This document shows, one piece after another, positions 62,110 to 64,000 of a DNA stretch of 64,000 nucleotides. The notes below the pieces were generated by a model that was given only the letters and a program-made list of their open reading frames with translations, was not told the DNA's origin and ran no database searches. Origin of the DNA: Leucoraja ocellata (taxonomy: Eukaryota); assembly GCA_036785375.1 (NCBI GenBank), contig JAWMAR010000026.1, positions 7,254,001 through 7,318,000 of the forward strand. Direction: 5' to 3'. The translations under genes and the position numbers were made by a program. Every line of letters starts with the position of its first letter. Position 1 is the first letter of the stretch.

Positions 62110-62405
62110 TGGGCGGCACAGTGGCACAGCTGGTGCCTCGTAGTGCCAGCGGGATTCTGATCACAGGTGCTGTCTTTGTGGAGTTTGCACGTTCTCCCCG
62201 TGACCGCGTGGATTTCTTCTGCGTGCTCCTATTTCCTCCGACATCGAAAAGACGTGTGGATTTGTAGGTTAATCGGCCTCTGTAAATAGTCCCTAGTGTG
62301 TAGGGAGTGGTTAAGAAAGTGAGATGGCATCGAACTGGTGTGAATGAGTGTTTGAAGGTTGGCATGGTTTCAGTGGGCTCAAGGTCGTGTTTCACACTAA
62401 ACACA
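62110..62405 (+). mobile_element. tRNA-derived V-SINE-like element
   Basis: GGCGGCACAGTGGCACAG head, TGTGGAGTTTGCACGTTCTCCCCGTG core, and a CR1-like tail. Confidence 0.8.
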
Positions 62406-62629
62406 GCACAGTCCGGCAACTCAATGGTGCTCCCACGGTGACCACGAAAGGATCTTCTCAACACTGGCTGGTGGAATGTTTCTACTAGAAGGCTGTGGAT
62501 ACTGGGGCCAACTGGAACTTATGACCAAAAATCTGGAGTTTGTTATAGTACCGTATGGGGAAATATGGAGCCATGGCGTTAGGCGAAGATGAGTTACAGA
62601 GTTATTCGTGTGAATGATACAGTGTGTCA

Positions 62630-63110
62630 CACAGCTACAGGAAGGATGTCATTAAGTTGGGATGGGTGCAGAAAAGACCAGGATGATGCTTGGGCTTCAG
62701 TTATAGGGAGAAGTTGGATAGGCAGGGACGTATTTCTTTGGAGCGCAGGAGGCTGAGAGGTGACTTTATTCTGATCCACAAGATTATGAGGAGCATGGAT
62801 AAAATGAACACTCAGTCTTTTTCCCAGGGTAGAGGATTCAACAACTAGAGGCTTAAGGTGAGGGGAATACATTTTAAAAGGCAACTTTTTTACTCTTAGT
62901 TCGTATCTGGAACGAGCTGCTAGAGAAAGCTATAGAATTAATACAATTATGATTTTTAAAAGACTTGAACATGTATATGGACAGAAAAGGTTTCGAGGGA
63001 AATGAGCCAAATGCTGGCAAATGGTACAAGGCCAAAATACCAACTTGGTTGGCATGGATAAGTTGGGCTGAAGGGCCTGTTTCTGTGCTGTAGGACTCCA
63101 TGATTCTCCA
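62630..63110 (+). mobile_element. CR1 3' fragment
   Basis: aggaaggatgtcattaagttgg ... gaagggcctgtttctgtgctgtaggactccatgattc. Confidence 0.75.
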
Positions 63111-63730
63111 ATCCTTTTAGGCAGCAGACTCCAGGTCTTTGCAGCTTACTAAAACTAAAGATCACCTCTCTCGGTCAATATTGAGTCTTTCAGGGAAAGA
63201 TGTGCATTATCACGACTGTGACTTTAAAATTATTGAAGGTGGATTTGGATCTTTGTGTTTGAGATTGATCTGAATTAAGCAGTGCAGGAACCTCGTTCTT
63301 TCTGCCTAGTCTCAGGTGTTCAATAAATCTCCTGCAGTGCTGATGGTAAAAGAACAACCTTCACCCTGCTGCAGATTTTCCAGCCCTTCTCCTTGGTCTG
63401 CCATCTTGCTACGTGCAGCACTAGTAGTATTTGCACGTGCAACTTTGCAGAGTAATTTATTAACCTTGGACTATCTCAGGGTTTCCTGAGAGTTATATAA
63501 TGGGCTGAATCCCCTGCGCTTGCTCTTAAAGAAAGTTTATTGATGGCTCTGGACACTGGTGTTGGTGGTGATTGACAGCAGCTGTATGAAAACCACTTTA
63601 AACCACTAAAGTAAGGACGAAGACAGACCCTCATAATCTCGTTAAAGTCTCTCTTTAATGCAGAGCTGCTGTGAAGTTCTGTGGGAAACACTGATTTACA
63701 CTTGTTTTATTTTCTTCCTCGATCTCCCAG

Positions 63731-63777
63731 GTGATGAAGGCAGTACGAGTGGGAATGAAGGAATACGAGCTGGAAAG
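63731..63777 (+). CDS. PEPD: PEPD exon 9 (47 nt); gene continues beyond window
   Basis: tcccag|GTG...GAA AG|gtcaga. Encodes VMKAVRVGMKEYELE(S). Confidence 0.95.
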
Positions 63778-64000
63778 GTCAGAGCCTCTTACTTCTGTTT
63801 TCAGCACATTAAATCATCTTTACGTGCCCAGCCTGAGACTACAGTTAGAATTCCCTGAGCTAGTGGTTGAAAGATCTTTGTTTTGCTCCCGTCATCTGGT
63901 TTTGTGCGGCCTGCTGTTAGCTGGGGACCAGTTATTAATGCCCATCTCCACTTTGCCGTAAACTACTGATTCAAAATTACCCAGTGGCTGGCAGCGTTAA

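Overview
This is vertebrate genomic DNA, most likely from a cartilaginous fish such as a skate or ray (inferred from the CR1, Rex1/Babar, L2, Penelope and V-SINE repeat content). The window holds the promoter and coding exons 1-9 of PEPD (Xaa-Pro dipeptidase/prolidase) on the + strand, 27357-63777; the gene continues past the window end. All nine exons were read by hand, have GT/AG boundaries and splice into one open frame. The rest is intronic or intergenic DNA dense in retroelement fragments, nested insertions, low-complexity tracts and one assembly gap. A second CpG-rich promoter-like block lies at about 14.6-15.1 kb. The most notable signal is a family of about 130-bp dispersed elements. 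They begin with a minimal type I hammerhead-ribozyme core of the Penelope type (CTGAAGA-A-GGGT.CTCG.ACCC-GAAACGTC), have constant ends and variable 7-16 bp target-site duplications, and often occur as fold-back pairs. Other items are a nested CR1>hAT-like>Tc2-like MITE stack, a local inverted duplication, inverted CR1 copies around in-frame exon 7, a phased CCAAT-box array and a LINE-tail-derived minisatellite next to the PEPD promoter. Most ORFs in the supplied track are spurious. All family assignments come from recalled motifs; no database search was run.
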